The translations under genes and the position numbers were made by a program. A stretch of DNA of 64,000 nucleotides, taken from an uncultured Methanosarcinales archaeon (GTDB taxonomy: Archaea; Nanobdellota; Nanobdellia; Woesearchaeales; JASKKU01). Positions 55,501 to 64,000 of this stretch are shown piece after piece (position 1 is the first letter of the stretch; each line of letters opens with the position of its first letter). Below the pieces are notes generated by a model. That model had not been told where the DNA came from and searched no databases. It worked only from the letters and a program-made list of their open reading frames with translations. Where the stretch lies: the NCBI GenBank assembly GCA_964445165.1, contig CAYUJZ010000002.1, positions 1,737-65,736 on the forward strand, given 5' to 3'.

Positions 55501-56418
55501 ATGCTAATCAGAAATTATGAAATAAAAATGCTTCTTGCGCCACTCAGCGAGGTTACCAATACGAATTTCAGGATTCTGTGCAGAGAGCACGGAGCTGACC
55601 TGGCTTTTCTTCCTTTTGTGAATGTGAATGCGCTTGTGATGGGGGACAAGGTTGCCTGGGGCTGGGTAAAAGACTCGGAAAGAGAGCAGGCTCTAAGGGC
55701 TATCCAGCTTTTTGGGTCTGATGCTGAGATGTTCAGGAAGAGTGCCTGGGAAATTTCAAAAATAGGGCTTTTTGATATTATTGATATCAACGCTGCCTGC
55801 CCTGCAAGAAAAGTTGTTGAGGATGGGGCTGGCGGGGCTTTGCTTGTTGAGCCGCGAAGGCTGCGTGAAATTGTGAAAGCTGTGCGTGAAAGCTTTGATG
55901 GCATTGTGAGTGTGAAGCTAAGGCTGGGCTATAATAAAGACTCTATGCAGGAGGTGGCAGCTGCAATAGGCGGGATTGTTGAATTTGCAACTATTCATGG
56001 AAGGACTGTAAAGCAGGGCTACTCCGGAAAGAGCGACTGGGAAGCTATTAACAAGGCAAAAAAGCTTTTTAGTTGCCCAATTGTTGGGAATGGTGACATC
56101 CGCTCAAAAAAAGATTATTTAATGGTAAAGGATAAGGTTGATGCGGTGATGATTGGAAGGGCTGCGCTGAAAAACCCGCTTTTGTTTAATGAAATTAAGA
56201 GCAATAAAGAAACTGATAGGAAAAAGAGTGCTGTAGCCTGCCTGTCCTGGGGTTGTGAGAGTGAGGAAAGCCTGCTTCTGCTCAAAAGGTTCTGCACTTC
56301 TTTTGTCTCCGGGCTAAAGGGCTCAAGGGAAATGAAAGAGAAAATCTGCCGGTGCAAAAGCGTAAAAGAAACTAAAGCTTATGTGAAGAAAATCATAGCT
56401 TCCTTGCAAGAGAAATGA
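55501..56418 (+). CDS. tRNA-dihydrouridine synthase (Dus family)
   Basis: 305 aa. LAPLSEVTNTNFR…IIDINAACPARKVV…VSVKLRLG…ATIHGRT are conserved Dus/TIM-barrel motifs, including the catalytic Cys in NAACP. Confidence 0.8.
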   Translation: MLIRNYEIKMLLAPLSEVTNTNFRILCREHGADLAFLPFVNVNALVMGDKVAWGWVKDSEREQALRAIQLFGSDAEMFRKSAWEISKIGLFDIIDINAACPARKVVEDGAGGALLVEPRRLREIVKAVRESFDGIVSVKLRLGYNKDSMQEVAAAIGGIVEFATIHGRTVKQGYSGKSDWEAINKAKKLFSCPIVGNGDIRSKKDYLMVKDKVDAVMIGRAALKNPLLFNEIKSNKETDRKKSAVACLSWGCESEESLLLLKRFCTSFVSGLKGSREMKEKICRCKSVKETKAYVKKIIASLQEK

Positions 56419-57145
56419 ACCCTGAGTGGCTTATGCTCCAGCTTTTTGGCCTTACCTTTCTTCCCTCAACTTCCCACTTCTGCTCCATTATATTTGAAGT
56501 TTTTATGTAAAGGAATCTTTTGTCTTCAAGTATTGAGTTCACAAAGTCTGCGTTCTGGATTATTGTTGGTGTGTAGACTGCTATAAAACCGCCATGGCGG
56601 AGAACTTTGTATGCTGTTTCTACTGCTTTCCATGGCTCCGGCACATCAAGAACGAACAAGGATGCATCTTTTATTTTTATGCTTTCCGGCTCGTAGATGT
56701 TTTCGCTCCTGAATTCGATGTTGTCTACTCCTAGCTGTTTTGCATTTTCTGCTGCTATCTCCTGATGGTCTTCCCTTATGTCAAATGAGTAAACCTGCCC
56801 GCAGTACCTGGCGAGGAAAATCCCGAGGGCGCCGCTTCCTGAGCCTGCCTCTATGCAGGTATCTTCTTTTCCAACCAAAGTACCGGCAAGGATTGCTGCT
56901 GCGTCCTTTAATGGGATGATTTGTGCCCTTCTCTTGATTTTTGAGTAGAAATCGTAGAATGTGGGCTGAAGAACTGAAAGCGGGATTCCTTTATTGGTTT
57001 CTACTGTTTCTCCTGGCTTAGATTTTGAGAGCTTTTCTGCGCTGGCCATACCGTAGTTGGAATGGAAGTCTTTTGTCTTATCTGCTATAAAAAAACGCCC
57101 GCTTTTGTGGTAAAGCATAATAAGGCTTTTGTCTTTGTCTTTCAT
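56393..57145 (-). CDS. trmI: tRNA (adenine57/58-N1)-methyltransferase TrmI (GCD14 family)
   Basis: 250 aa. SAM motif I IEAGSGSGALGIFLA plus the FDIRED and VLDVPEPW motifs of TrmI. Confidence 0.8.
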   Translation of the reverse strand: MKDKDKSLIMLYHKSGRFFIADKTKDFHSNYGMASAEKLSKSKPGETVETNKGIPLSVLQPTFYDFYSKIKRRAQIIPLKDAAAILAGTLVGKEDTCIEAGSGSGALGIFLARYCGQVYSFDIREDHQEIAAENAKQLGVDNIEFRSENIYEPESIKIKDASLFVLDVPEPWKAVETAYKVLRHGGFIAVYTPTIIQNADFVNSILEDKRFLYIKTSNIMEQKWEVEGRKVRPKSWSISHSGFISLARKL

Positions 57146-57277
57146 AACAATGAGCTGATTGTTGCTTCTTAATAATTTATCTGTTTTTGCTGGATTGGGG
57201 TGTGTCTTTTTTCCGACAAGTATTCACTTTTGAAAGGTTATTAACTTTTATAAAAAACGGCTTAACCAGACTAATGC

Positions 57278-57745
57278 ATGGAAAAGGAAGGGGATACAGC
57301 GACTGCTGATGAGTCCAGGGTTCTTGAGATGCTCCAAGAGATTAATAAGAATGAAGGCTACATTTCCAGGGAAAGGCTTTCTTCGATAAGCAGTAAGCTT
57401 GGAATTCCTCTTTCGAGGCTTTATGGGCTTGTTACTTTCTACAACCAGTTTAACCTTGCGGTGAGTGGAAAATATACTATTGAAGTCTGCGAGGGAACTG
57501 CCTGCCATATCAACAAGAGCAGTGAGATTAAGAGGGCTGTGAACGATGTTGCTGGGATAAGGGTTGATGAGACTTCATCAGATGGGCTGTTTACATTAAG
57601 GGATGTGAGGTGCCTGGGCGCCTGTGCGCTTGCTCCTGTGCTGAGGCTAAACAAGAAGATTTACAGCAAGATGACCTACGAGAAGACTAAAGAGCTGATT
57701 CTTAAGCTTAAGAAAGAAGCGGAGGCTGAAGTGATGCAAAGATGA
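57278..57745 (+). CDS. hydC: NuoE-like [2Fe-2S] thioredoxin-fold subunit (HydC/HndA-type)
   Basis: 155 aa. …LVTFYNQFNL…IEVCEGTACHINKS…RCLGACALAPV… is the 24-kDa-subunit signature with four Cys. Its stop overlaps the hydB start by 4 nt. Confidence 0.75.
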   Translation: MEKEGDTATADESRVLEMLQEINKNEGYISRERLSSISSKLGIPLSRLYGLVTFYNQFNLAVSGKYTIEVCEGTACHINKSSEIKRAVNDVAGIRVDETSSDGLFTLRDVRCLGACALAPVLRLNKKIYSKMTYEKTKELILKLKKEAEAEVMQR

Positions 57746-59496
57746 AGCACATTATCAGGGTTTGCACCTGCACCGGGTGCCAGGCTAACGGCTCGCTTGA
57801 GATTTTTGAGGGCTTATGCAGGGCTGCTTCTGAAAGAAAGAAGGAATGTGAAGAGAAAGGGGTTGAGATTGAGGTTAAAGAAACTGGCTGCATTGGCTTG
57901 TCAGAGACTGTGCCTAATGTGCTGGTTGATCCTTCGGGCATTCTTTATGTTAATGTTAATGAGAACAATGCTGAAAAGATTGTTGACTCTGTAATAAACA
58001 ATTATGTTATTGATGAGATGCTGTTTGAGATTGACGGCAAGAAATACGGCAGGCTTGAGGATGTGCCTTTCTTTGCGCTGCAGGACAGGGTGCTGCTTGC
58101 AAGGTGTGGCTACACTACGCCTCTTTCTCTCTCAGATTATACTTGGTCCGGAGGATTTGAGGGGCTGAAAAAGGCGCTTGATATGCCGCAGGATGAGGTT
58201 ATTGAGATACTCAAGAATTCAAAGCTTCGCGGAAGGGGCGGGGCAGGGTTTCTTACCGGGCTGAAGTGGGGATTCCTGAAGAATGCTAAGGGCGATGAGA
58301 AGTTTCTTGTGTGCAATGCAGATGAGGGTGACCCAGGGGCTTTTATGGACAGGAGCCTGCTTGAGAGCGACCCTTTTGCTGTGCTTGAAGGAATGCTGAT
58401 TGGGGCTTATGCAACTGGCGCAACAAGGGGCTTTATTTACATCAGGGAGGAATACCCGCTTGCGATTGATAAGATTAAGACCGCTATTGATATCCTCAGG
58501 GAGAACGGCTATCTTGGGGACAATGTTCTTGGAAGGCTCTCTTTTGACATTGAGATAAGGAAAGGGGCTGGGGCTTTTGTGTGCGGAGAGGAGACTGCGC
58601 TTATGAATTCTGTTGAGGGCAAGCGGGGGCAGCCGAGGATTAAGCCGCCTTTCCCTGCTGAGAGAGGAATTTTTGGCAAGCCCACTAATATTAACAATGT
58701 CAAGACATATGCTTTTGTGCCGTTAATTTTGAGGAATGGGGCTGAATGGTTCCTTGAGAGAGGAGACGGCAAGTCTGCTGGAGGAACATTACTAATCTGC
58801 CTTACTGGAAAGATTAGGCTTAACGGTGTGGTTGAGGTTAAGATGGGCACTCCGCTCAGAAAGGTTATCTATGACATTGGCGGTGGCCTGAAGTCAGGCA
58901 AAAAGCTCAAAGGGGTTCAGACTGGAGGCCCATCTGGTGGGTGCATCCCTGAACCGCTTATTGACACTGAGATTGGCTATGAGACTATGCAGGGGCTTGG
59001 CTCTATCATTGGGTCTGGCGGGGTTATCTGTATTGATGAGGATGACTCTATTATTGACTTGTGCATTTTTTTCCTGGATTTCCTTGAGAAGGAATCCTGC
59101 GGGCAGTGCACTCCCTGCAGGGAAGGGATTGTCCAGATGAAAGACCTGATTATTAAAATCAAGGAAAGGAAAGCAACTGAGCAGGATATTGCTACGCTTG
59201 AAAGGCTGGCTGTGTATGTAAGGGACAATTCACTATGCGGCCTTGGGCAGACTTCACCTAATGTGGTGCTTTCCTCGCTTAAGTATTTCAGGGATGAGTT
59301 TGAAAGGAAGATTAGCGGCAAGCCGGTTTTTAAGATAAACGGAAAATGCACGGGTTGCCACCTTTGCTTACTTAAGTGCCCTGTTAAAGCTATAACAGGA
59401 AACCCTAAGGAGAAGCATGAAATAATCCAGGATAAATGCATTGGGTGCGGGATATGCTATGATGTCTGCAAGTTCAAGGCTATAGACAAGGAGTAA
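57742..59496 (+). CDS. hydB: NuoF-like NAD(P)H-binding flavoprotein subunit with extra Fe-S domains (HydB/HndC-type)
   Basis: 584 aa. An N-terminal [2Fe-2S]-like domain (CTCTGC). An FMN site GRGGAGFLTGLKWGF. A glycine-rich NAD(P)H-binding segment. The N3 [4Fe-4S] motif ESCGQCTPCREG. Two C-terminal CxxCxxCxxxCP ferredoxin motifs. Confidence 0.8.
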   Translation: MKHIIRVCTCTGCQANGSLEIFEGLCRAASERKKECEEKGVEIEVKETGCIGLSETVPNVLVDPSGILYVNVNENNAEKIVDSVINNYVIDEMLFEIDGKKYGRLEDVPFFALQDRVLLARCGYTTPLSLSDYTWSGGFEGLKKALDMPQDEVIEILKNSKLRGRGGAGFLTGLKWGFLKNAKGDEKFLVCNADEGDPGAFMDRSLLESDPFAVLEGMLIGAYATGATRGFIYIREEYPLAIDKIKTAIDILRENGYLGDNVLGRLSFDIEIRKGAGAFVCGEETALMNSVEGKRGQPRIKPPFPAERGIFGKPTNINNVKTYAFVPLILRNGAEWFLERGDGKSAGGTLLICLTGKIRLNGVVEVKMGTPLRKVIYDIGGGLKSGKKLKGVQTGGPSGGCIPEPLIDTEIGYETMQGLGSIIGSGGVICIDEDDSIIDLCIFFLDFLEKESCGQCTPCREGIVQMKDLIIKIKERKATEQDIATLERLAVYVRDNSLCGLGQTSPNVVLSSLKYFRDEFERKISGKPVFKINGKCTGCHLCLLKCPVKAITGNPKEKHEIIQDKCIGCGICYDVCKFKAIDKE

Positions 59497-59507
59497 AATA
59501 AAGCAAG

Positions 59508-61220
59508 ATGAAAGTAAGGATAAATGATAAGGAGTATGAGTTTGATGCTGGCAAGAGCATACTGGATGCCTGCAGCGAGATTGGGCTGAACCTGCCTACT
59601 TTCTGCCATCATGAGCTTCTTGAGCCAAGGGGGGTGTGCAGGCTCTGTGTTGTTGAGGCTGACGGCAAGCTTGTGCCTTCGTGTGCTACAAAAATCCGGG
59701 AAGGAATGAGTATTGAAACGCATTCTAACAGGGTTATTGAATCCAGAAGAATGAACCTTATGCTTCTGATTGCCGACCATCAGGAGGAGTGCCTTTCCTG
59801 CAATAAGTCTGATGACTGCCTGCTTTTCAAGTATGCAAATGAGTATGATATTCATGCTATTCCTTTTGAAAAAATCCAGAAAGAGAAGTTTGAGCCTGAT
59901 GAGTCCTGCTACTCTTTCAGAAGAGACCTAAGCAAGTGCATTAAATGCGGGAAGTGTGTTGAGGTGTGCAATGTGCTTCAGAAGGTTTATGCTATTGAAT
60001 ACTCTAAAAGGGGAAAAAGCCTTAAGATGTCAACTGCCTTTGAGTATCCTATCAAGGAGACGGAATGTACGTTCTGCGGTCAGTGCGTGCTTAACTGCCC
60101 TACATGCGCGCTTGAGGAGAAGTATGAGGCTTCTGACTTGATGTGGGCTATTAATGACAAGGAGACTGTGGTTGCCTGCCAGGTTGCGCCGAGCATCAGG
60201 GCTTCAATAATGGAAGAGTTCGGCAAGAACGAAGGCATTACTGTTGGAAAGCTCGTTTCTGCACTTAAGATGATTGGGTTTGACTATGTTTTTGACACGC
60301 AATTCGGCGCTGACTTAACCATCATGGAAGAAGCTAATGAGCTTTTAGAGAGGATTAAAGAGAATAAAAACCTGCCAATGTTTACCTCGTGCTGCCCTGC
60401 GTGGGTTAAGTTTGTAGAGGATAATTTTCAGGACTTTATCCCTAGCCTTTCTTCATGCAAAAGCCCACAGCAGATGCTTGCGAGCGTGTTCAGGACTTAC
60501 TTTGCGGGGAAGCTTGAAAGCAAGCCTGAGAACATAAAGCTTGCATCAATAATGCCATGCACTGCTAAGAAAACCGAGGCAAGAAGGTATGAGTTTATTG
60601 GAGACATTGACTTTGTGGTTACTACCAGGGAGCTTGCCAGGATGATTAAAGAGTTTGGGATTGAGTTTGAGGCGCTTGAGGAAAGCGAATTTGACTGCCC
60701 ACTTGGCGAGTCTTCTGGTGCTGGTGCGATTTTTGGGGTTTCAGGAGGGGTCTGTGAAGCTGCTTTGAGGACTGCCTATGAAACTGCTACTTCAAAAAAG
60801 CTTGAAAAGGTGGAGTTTGAGCAGATCAGGGGAGTGGATTTTTTTAAGCATGGTGAGATTGAGATAAACGGGAAATTTGTGAGGTTTGCTGTGGTGCATA
60901 CTCTTGGGAAGGCAAGAGACCTGCTTGAGCAGATGAGGAAGGGCGAAGCTCACTATGACTTTGTGGAGGTTATGGCGTGCCCTGGAGGGTGCATTGGCGG
61001 TGGGGGGCAGCCTATCCCAACTAATATGAAAACAATAAAGGAAAGGATGCAAAGGATTTACACGATTGACCAGCGCAAGAAGGTAAGAAGAAGCCATGAA
61101 AACCCTGACATTATCAGGATTTACGGTGAGTTCCTTGAAAAGCCGCTCAGTAAAAAGGCGCATGCGCTGCTTCACACTAAGTATATGAAAAGGAGCTATT
61201 ACTCTGATAAGAAGGGCTAA
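59508..61220 (+). CDS. hydA: [FeFe]-hydrogenase catalytic subunit HydA (M3-type with N-terminal 2Fe-2S and 4Fe-4S domains)
   Basis: 570 aa. A 2Fe-2S ferredoxin-like N-terminus (CHHELLEPRGVCRLC…SC). His-ligated and 2x[4Fe-4S] motifs (CIKCGKCVEVC, CTFCGQCVLNCP). All three H-cluster motifs are present: L1 FTSCCPAW, L2 MPCTAKKTE, L3 EVMACPGGCIGGGGQP. Confidence 0.85.
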   Translation: MKVRINDKEYEFDAGKSILDACSEIGLNLPTFCHHELLEPRGVCRLCVVEADGKLVPSCATKIREGMSIETHSNRVIESRRMNLMLLIADHQEECLSCNKSDDCLLFKYANEYDIHAIPFEKIQKEKFEPDESCYSFRRDLSKCIKCGKCVEVCNVLQKVYAIEYSKRGKSLKMSTAFEYPIKETECTFCGQCVLNCPTCALEEKYEASDLMWAINDKETVVACQVAPSIRASIMEEFGKNEGITVGKLVSALKMIGFDYVFDTQFGADLTIMEEANELLERIKENKNLPMFTSCCPAWVKFVEDNFQDFIPSLSSCKSPQQMLASVFRTYFAGKLESKPENIKLASIMPCTAKKTEARRYEFIGDIDFVVTTRELARMIKEFGIEFEALEESEFDCPLGESSGAGAIFGVSGGVCEAALRTAYETATSKKLEKVEFEQIRGVDFFKHGEIEINGKFVRFAVVHTLGKARDLLEQMRKGEAHYDFVEVMACPGGCIGGGGQPIPTNMKTIKERMQRIYTIDQRKKVRRSHENPDIIRIYGEFLEKPLSKKAHALLHTKYMKRSYYSDKKG

Positions 61221-61251
61221 TTTAATAAATAATTTTTCTATTTCTGAATTT

Positions 61252-62145
61252 ATGAAGCTTGATATGGCAATGTTGAGGATTGATGCTGAGGGTGTTTCTG
61301 CTGAGATTGAGAAGTTTATCAGGGAAAAGGCAAGGGATTTCTCAAAGGGTGGGGTTGTTGTGCCTGTTTCAGGAGGATTAGACTCAAGTGTTGTTGCTGG
61401 CCTGTGCGTGAGGGCTGTTGGTAAGGATAAGGTTGTTGGGCTGATGCTGCCTGAGAAGGAGGGCAATCCTGATGCTAAGAAGTATGCTTTGCTTTTGTGC
61501 AGGAAGCTTGGCATCAGGCATGAAGAAATTGATATCTCTAATGTACTTAAGGCTTTTGGGAACTATGATTTTGTGCTTTCGAAGATTCCTTCGCGGCTGT
61601 TAAAGAAGGTTGCTGTTGGAGGCTTTTTGGGGCTGTACAACCCGCTTAAGGATGGGCTTAAGGGGAAAGGAGGTGCGTTTGTGAGAAAAGGGATGTCTTA
61701 CCTTTACCTTAAGAACAGGGTGAGGTTTGTGTTTGCCTGCAAGTATGCTGAGGAGAATAACCTGCTGCTTGCCGGGAGCGCGCATAAGTCCGAGGACATG
61801 GTGGGCTTGTTTGTAAAGTTTGGTGTGGATGACCTGGCTGACATTATGCCGCTGAAGAATCTTTTCAGGAGCCAGGTGCTGCAGGTCGGGGAGCATATAG
61901 GGATTCCGCAGGAGATTTTGTCAAGAAAGCCAAACCCTGACATTATTCCAGGGGTTGAGAATAAATACTGGTTGTTTCTTAGGCTTGCGCCTGAGAAGGT
62001 TGACCTGGTTCTCCTTGGGCTTGAGAAGGGAATGAAGAAAGAGCAGATTGCCAGGGATGCGGGCTTGCCTCTGAAAAAGGTTGAAGAGATTGAGGAGCTG
62101 ACAAAAATCTCTTTTCATATGAGAAACCCGAATCTTGCGCCCTGA
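61252..62145 (+). CDS. nadE: NH3-dependent NAD+ synthetase
   Basis: 297 aa. PP-loop VVPVSGGLDSSVVAGL (SGGxDS) and NadE-like topology. Confidence 0.8.
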   Translation: MKLDMAMLRIDAEGVSAEIEKFIREKARDFSKGGVVVPVSGGLDSSVVAGLCVRAVGKDKVVGLMLPEKEGNPDAKKYALLLCRKLGIRHEEIDISNVLKAFGNYDFVLSKIPSRLLKKVAVGGFLGLYNPLKDGLKGKGGAFVRKGMSYLYLKNRVRFVFACKYAEENNLLLAGSAHKSEDMVGLFVKFGVDDLADIMPLKNLFRSQVLQVGEHIGIPQEILSRKPNPDIIPGVENKYWLFLRLAPEKVDLVLLGLEKGMKKEQIARDAGLPLKKVEEIEELTKISFHMRNPNLAP

Positions 62146-62147
62146 GC

Positions 62148-62576
62148 CTATTGCTTTTCCCAGGATTCAATTTCGCCCGGGACTGGCCTGAACAAGGGGT
62201 GGGGCTCTGGCTGGCTTATTGCTTTTAGATTAATGAGCTTTTCCGGCTCTCTTTTGCTGAGCTTTTTTAGCAGGTGGGAGAATTCGTAGTCCAGCTGGCC
62301 GGAGGTTACTGCTATCTGCTTTTTTAGAAGAGACTTTTTTATTTTAGCCTGGTCAAAGCAGTAGCCTCTTGCTTTTGCTTCTTCAAGGATGTATGTGAGG
62401 AAAGCATTTATTGATAAAATGGGCTCAGGGGCATTTCTGAACCGCACCAGCTGCGGATGGCTCCTGTAGCCTATTGTCTTATTCTCAAGGACTTTTTTCG
62501 CAAGAAGGCCTTCGCGCCAGACAGCAACTAAGCCTGCCTTGTCCAGGTATTTTGGGTGTATGCTCCAGAGGCGCAT
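62148..62576 (-). CDS. pyrimidine-dimer DNA glycosylase-like (T4 endonuclease V/DenV-like) protein
   Basis: 142 aa. N-terminus MRLWSIHPKYLDKAGLVAVWREGLLAKKVL…YRSHPQLVRF resembles the conserved start of the Pyr_excise family. Stop-to-stop adjacent to nadE. Confidence 0.5.
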   Translation of the reverse strand: MRLWSIHPKYLDKAGLVAVWREGLLAKKVLENKTIGYRSHPQLVRFRNAPEPILSINAFLTYILEEAKARGYCFDQAKIKKSLLKKQIAVTSGQLDYEFSHLLKKLSKREPEKLINLKAISQPEPHPLFRPVPGEIESWEKQ

Positions 62577-62616
62577 TGAAATTGGATGTTCAATTCCATA
62601 ATAAAGCTAACTATTT

Positions 62617-63027
62617 CTAATTAGGTGGAGAATATTTTTCTAAAACTTCGTTATATGCAGATTCTACTTTTTCTAAGGCAAGATAACAGGGAGCATAGTT
62701 TTCCTCAGGGCCTAATGTGCCTGCCTGGAGAAACAGTAAACTGTCCCCTCCAACGGTTCTGGGATGATAGCACAAGAAAACTTTTTCAGTTTCTGATAAC
62801 TTTATCGGTAAAACTAAATTTGTTTCATCTTTAATTGAAGATAATATTTTTTTCATATAAGATTCTTTTTTTGTTCCTAAATTCTCCATAATACTGGTTG
62901 CTACAGCATCTATTGAACCCTTCTCTTTTTTCTCAAACTCAACAGAAAACCCCAATGGTTTTCTTTCTTCCGGATCCTTTGCTGAAAAAACATATAGCTC
63001 TCCCAGTGAAACTTTCATTGTTTTCAA
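62617..63027 (-). CDS. hypothetical protein
   Basis: 136-aa ORF with no recognised motif. Confidence 0.3.
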   Translation of the reverse strand: MKTMKVSLGELYVFSAKDPEERKPLGFSVEFEKKEKGSIDAVATSIMENLGTKKESYMKKILSSIKDETNLVLPIKLSETEKVFLCYHPRTVGGDSLLFLQAGTLGPEENYAPCYLALEKVESAYNEVLEKYSPPN

Positions 63028-63143
63028 CCTCTATTGGCCTAACTCAAGGGATTAAGCCCCTTATTTAAGCTCAATAAAGGGAAATGAAGATTATTTAGTA
63101 TTTAAGCTTTGCGAAAATTAAACACTGCACAGTTGCTACAAGC

Positions 63144-63743
63144 CTAAGAAAAGTAATGCATTTCCAGTGCATCCTTAGCAAAGAATCTCCTTGTCTCCTC
63201 GTCTCCAAGGTGGCTGATGCTGCTTAAAAGCCGGAGGACTTGTTTGCCCTTGCTGATTTCGATAAGGGAAACCGAAGCATTGTCGATGAACATTGTATCC
63301 CAGAGGTTTTTGTTTTCCATGTTAAGTGTTTTTGAGATGAAAAACCTTATGAGGTTTGCATGGGCGAAGAGTGCAATGCTGCCTTTTTCCTTTGCTTCTT
63401 TAGCCAGCATGCTGAATGCCTGCTCTGCCCTTTCTTTGTCCTGCTGCTCTTTATCCTGGGGTGTGCCTGGCTTTTCTGCGCCTCCGACAACAACACGGTA
63501 TATCTCCTGGAAAAGAGGAGATATCTCTGCCGGGACTTTCGGCTTTAGTTTTCTGTACTCTTCATAAGTCTGAAGGGTTCTTTTGCTGTTGCTTACAAAA
63601 GCCTTTAAAAAGGTAAGTTTAGAAAGGAATTCTGCAAGTGCTTTTGCCTGGGAAACGCCTTTTTTTGTGAGCATTATCTCATTTCCTTTTTCTTCTGCCT
63701 CTGCATGCCTGATTAGCAGGATTCTTCCCATAGGAAACAACAA
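63144..63743 (-). CDS. histidine phosphatase (phosphoglycerate-mutase superfamily)
   Basis: 199 aa. N-terminal LLIRHAEAEE…GNE (RHG catalytic motif) and a later conserved His in LFAHANLIRF. Confidence 0.6.
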   Translation of the reverse strand: MLFPMGRILLIRHAEAEEKGNEIMLTKKGVSQAKALAEFLSKLTFLKAFVSNSKRTLQTYEEYRKLKPKVPAEISPLFQEIYRVVVGGAEKPGTPQDKEQQDKERAEQAFSMLAKEAKEKGSIALFAHANLIRFFISKTLNMENKNLWDTMFIDNASVSLIEISKGKQVLRLLSSISHLGDEETRRFFAKDALEMHYFS

Positions 63744-64000
63744 GAAAGGCGCGTATTTAAAGTTTTGGCTTGAAATGATGCCTGGCTCCGAAACCTTTAT
63801 AATATATTCACGACTCTACAGTTAAAATGTTTGGCAGGAAAAGGCTGGAGAATGAAGTTGATGCCGAATTTGAAAGGCATCATGACAGGATAAGCCATTT
63901 GAGTCTTTTTAAGCAACTTTTTATTGGTGCCAGTATTGCTTATGTTTCGCTTTTTGGGATAAAAGAGGCAGAGAAAACAATTGCAAGAAAAGAGCATCTT

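Noticed and set aside
1-64000. CRISPR arrays, rRNA genes, integrase or transposase genes
   Set aside because: No regularly spaced short direct repeats, no rRNA-like conserved stretches, and no tyrosine or serine recombinase or transposase motifs were recognised on either strand. The tRNA-flanked island and the MCM-like region therefore lack an identifiable mobility gene within the window.

Overview
The window looks archaeal and is probably from an uncultivated DPANN-like lineage. Evidence: an aEF-1alpha with the [10 protein letters not shown] motif, aIF-5A with the hypusine-loop SKPGKHGHAK, a eukaryote-like TrpRS, an archaeal-type ProRS, uS10, L40e, an AglB/STT3 with a WWDFG motif, and a FlaI/FlaJ-like type IV filament pair. 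GC is about 45-50% over most of the window. Coding runs on both strands with short operon overlaps.

Main blocks, left to right:
- 1-2.4 kb: lipid kinase and purine phosphoribosyltransferase.
- 2.4-4.4 kb: a 126-bp perfect direct repeat containing a complete tRNA-Ser(UGA) gene. The two copies flank a ~26% GC island that encodes one very hydrophobic GT-C-like membrane protein.
- 4.4-21.9 kb: a surface-glycan / N-glycosylation locus. It holds a HAD phosphatase, a DUF362-like protein, a UbiA prenyltransferase and AglB. Two closely paralogous unknown membrane proteins bracket a Wzx-like flippase. Then come a YdjM-like hydrolase, an AlkP-family phosphodiesterase, a TagF-like glycerophosphotransferase, and three GT4 glycosyltransferases, one of them frame-disrupted.
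- 22.0-22.5 kb: RelB/RelE toxin-antitoxin pair.
- 22.6-27.1 kb: a sufCBDSU operon with an 18-bp perfect palindrome just upstream.
- 27.2-33.5 kb: MetAP2, an archaeal type IV filament ATPase with a long N-terminal extension, a 722-aa polytopic membrane partner, a Zn-ribbon protein, and a Nudix hydrolase.
- 33.5-45.4 kb: SerRS and a bacterial-type RsmI-like methylase. Also a Cys-rich secreted repeat protein whose reading frame continues past an in-frame TAG. Then ProRS, an MscS channel fused to a C39-like cysteine peptidase domain, TrpRS, UMP kinase, paired SMR-like transporters, and FtsZ.
- 45.6-49.4 kb: a wHTH protein, an MCM-derived AAA+ protein with degenerate Walker A/B, and three hypothetical proteins.
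- 49.5-56.4 kb: uS10, aEF-1alpha, two tandem paralogous lipobox proteins, aIF-5A, L40e, a site-2 protease, and Dus.
- 56.4-63.7 kb: TrmI, a three-gene NuoE-like/NuoF-like/[FeFe]-hydrogenase HydABC set with all three H-cluster motifs, NadE, a DenV-like pyrimidine-dimer glycosylase, and a histidine phosphatase.

No CRISPR array, rRNA gene, or integrase/transposase was recognised.
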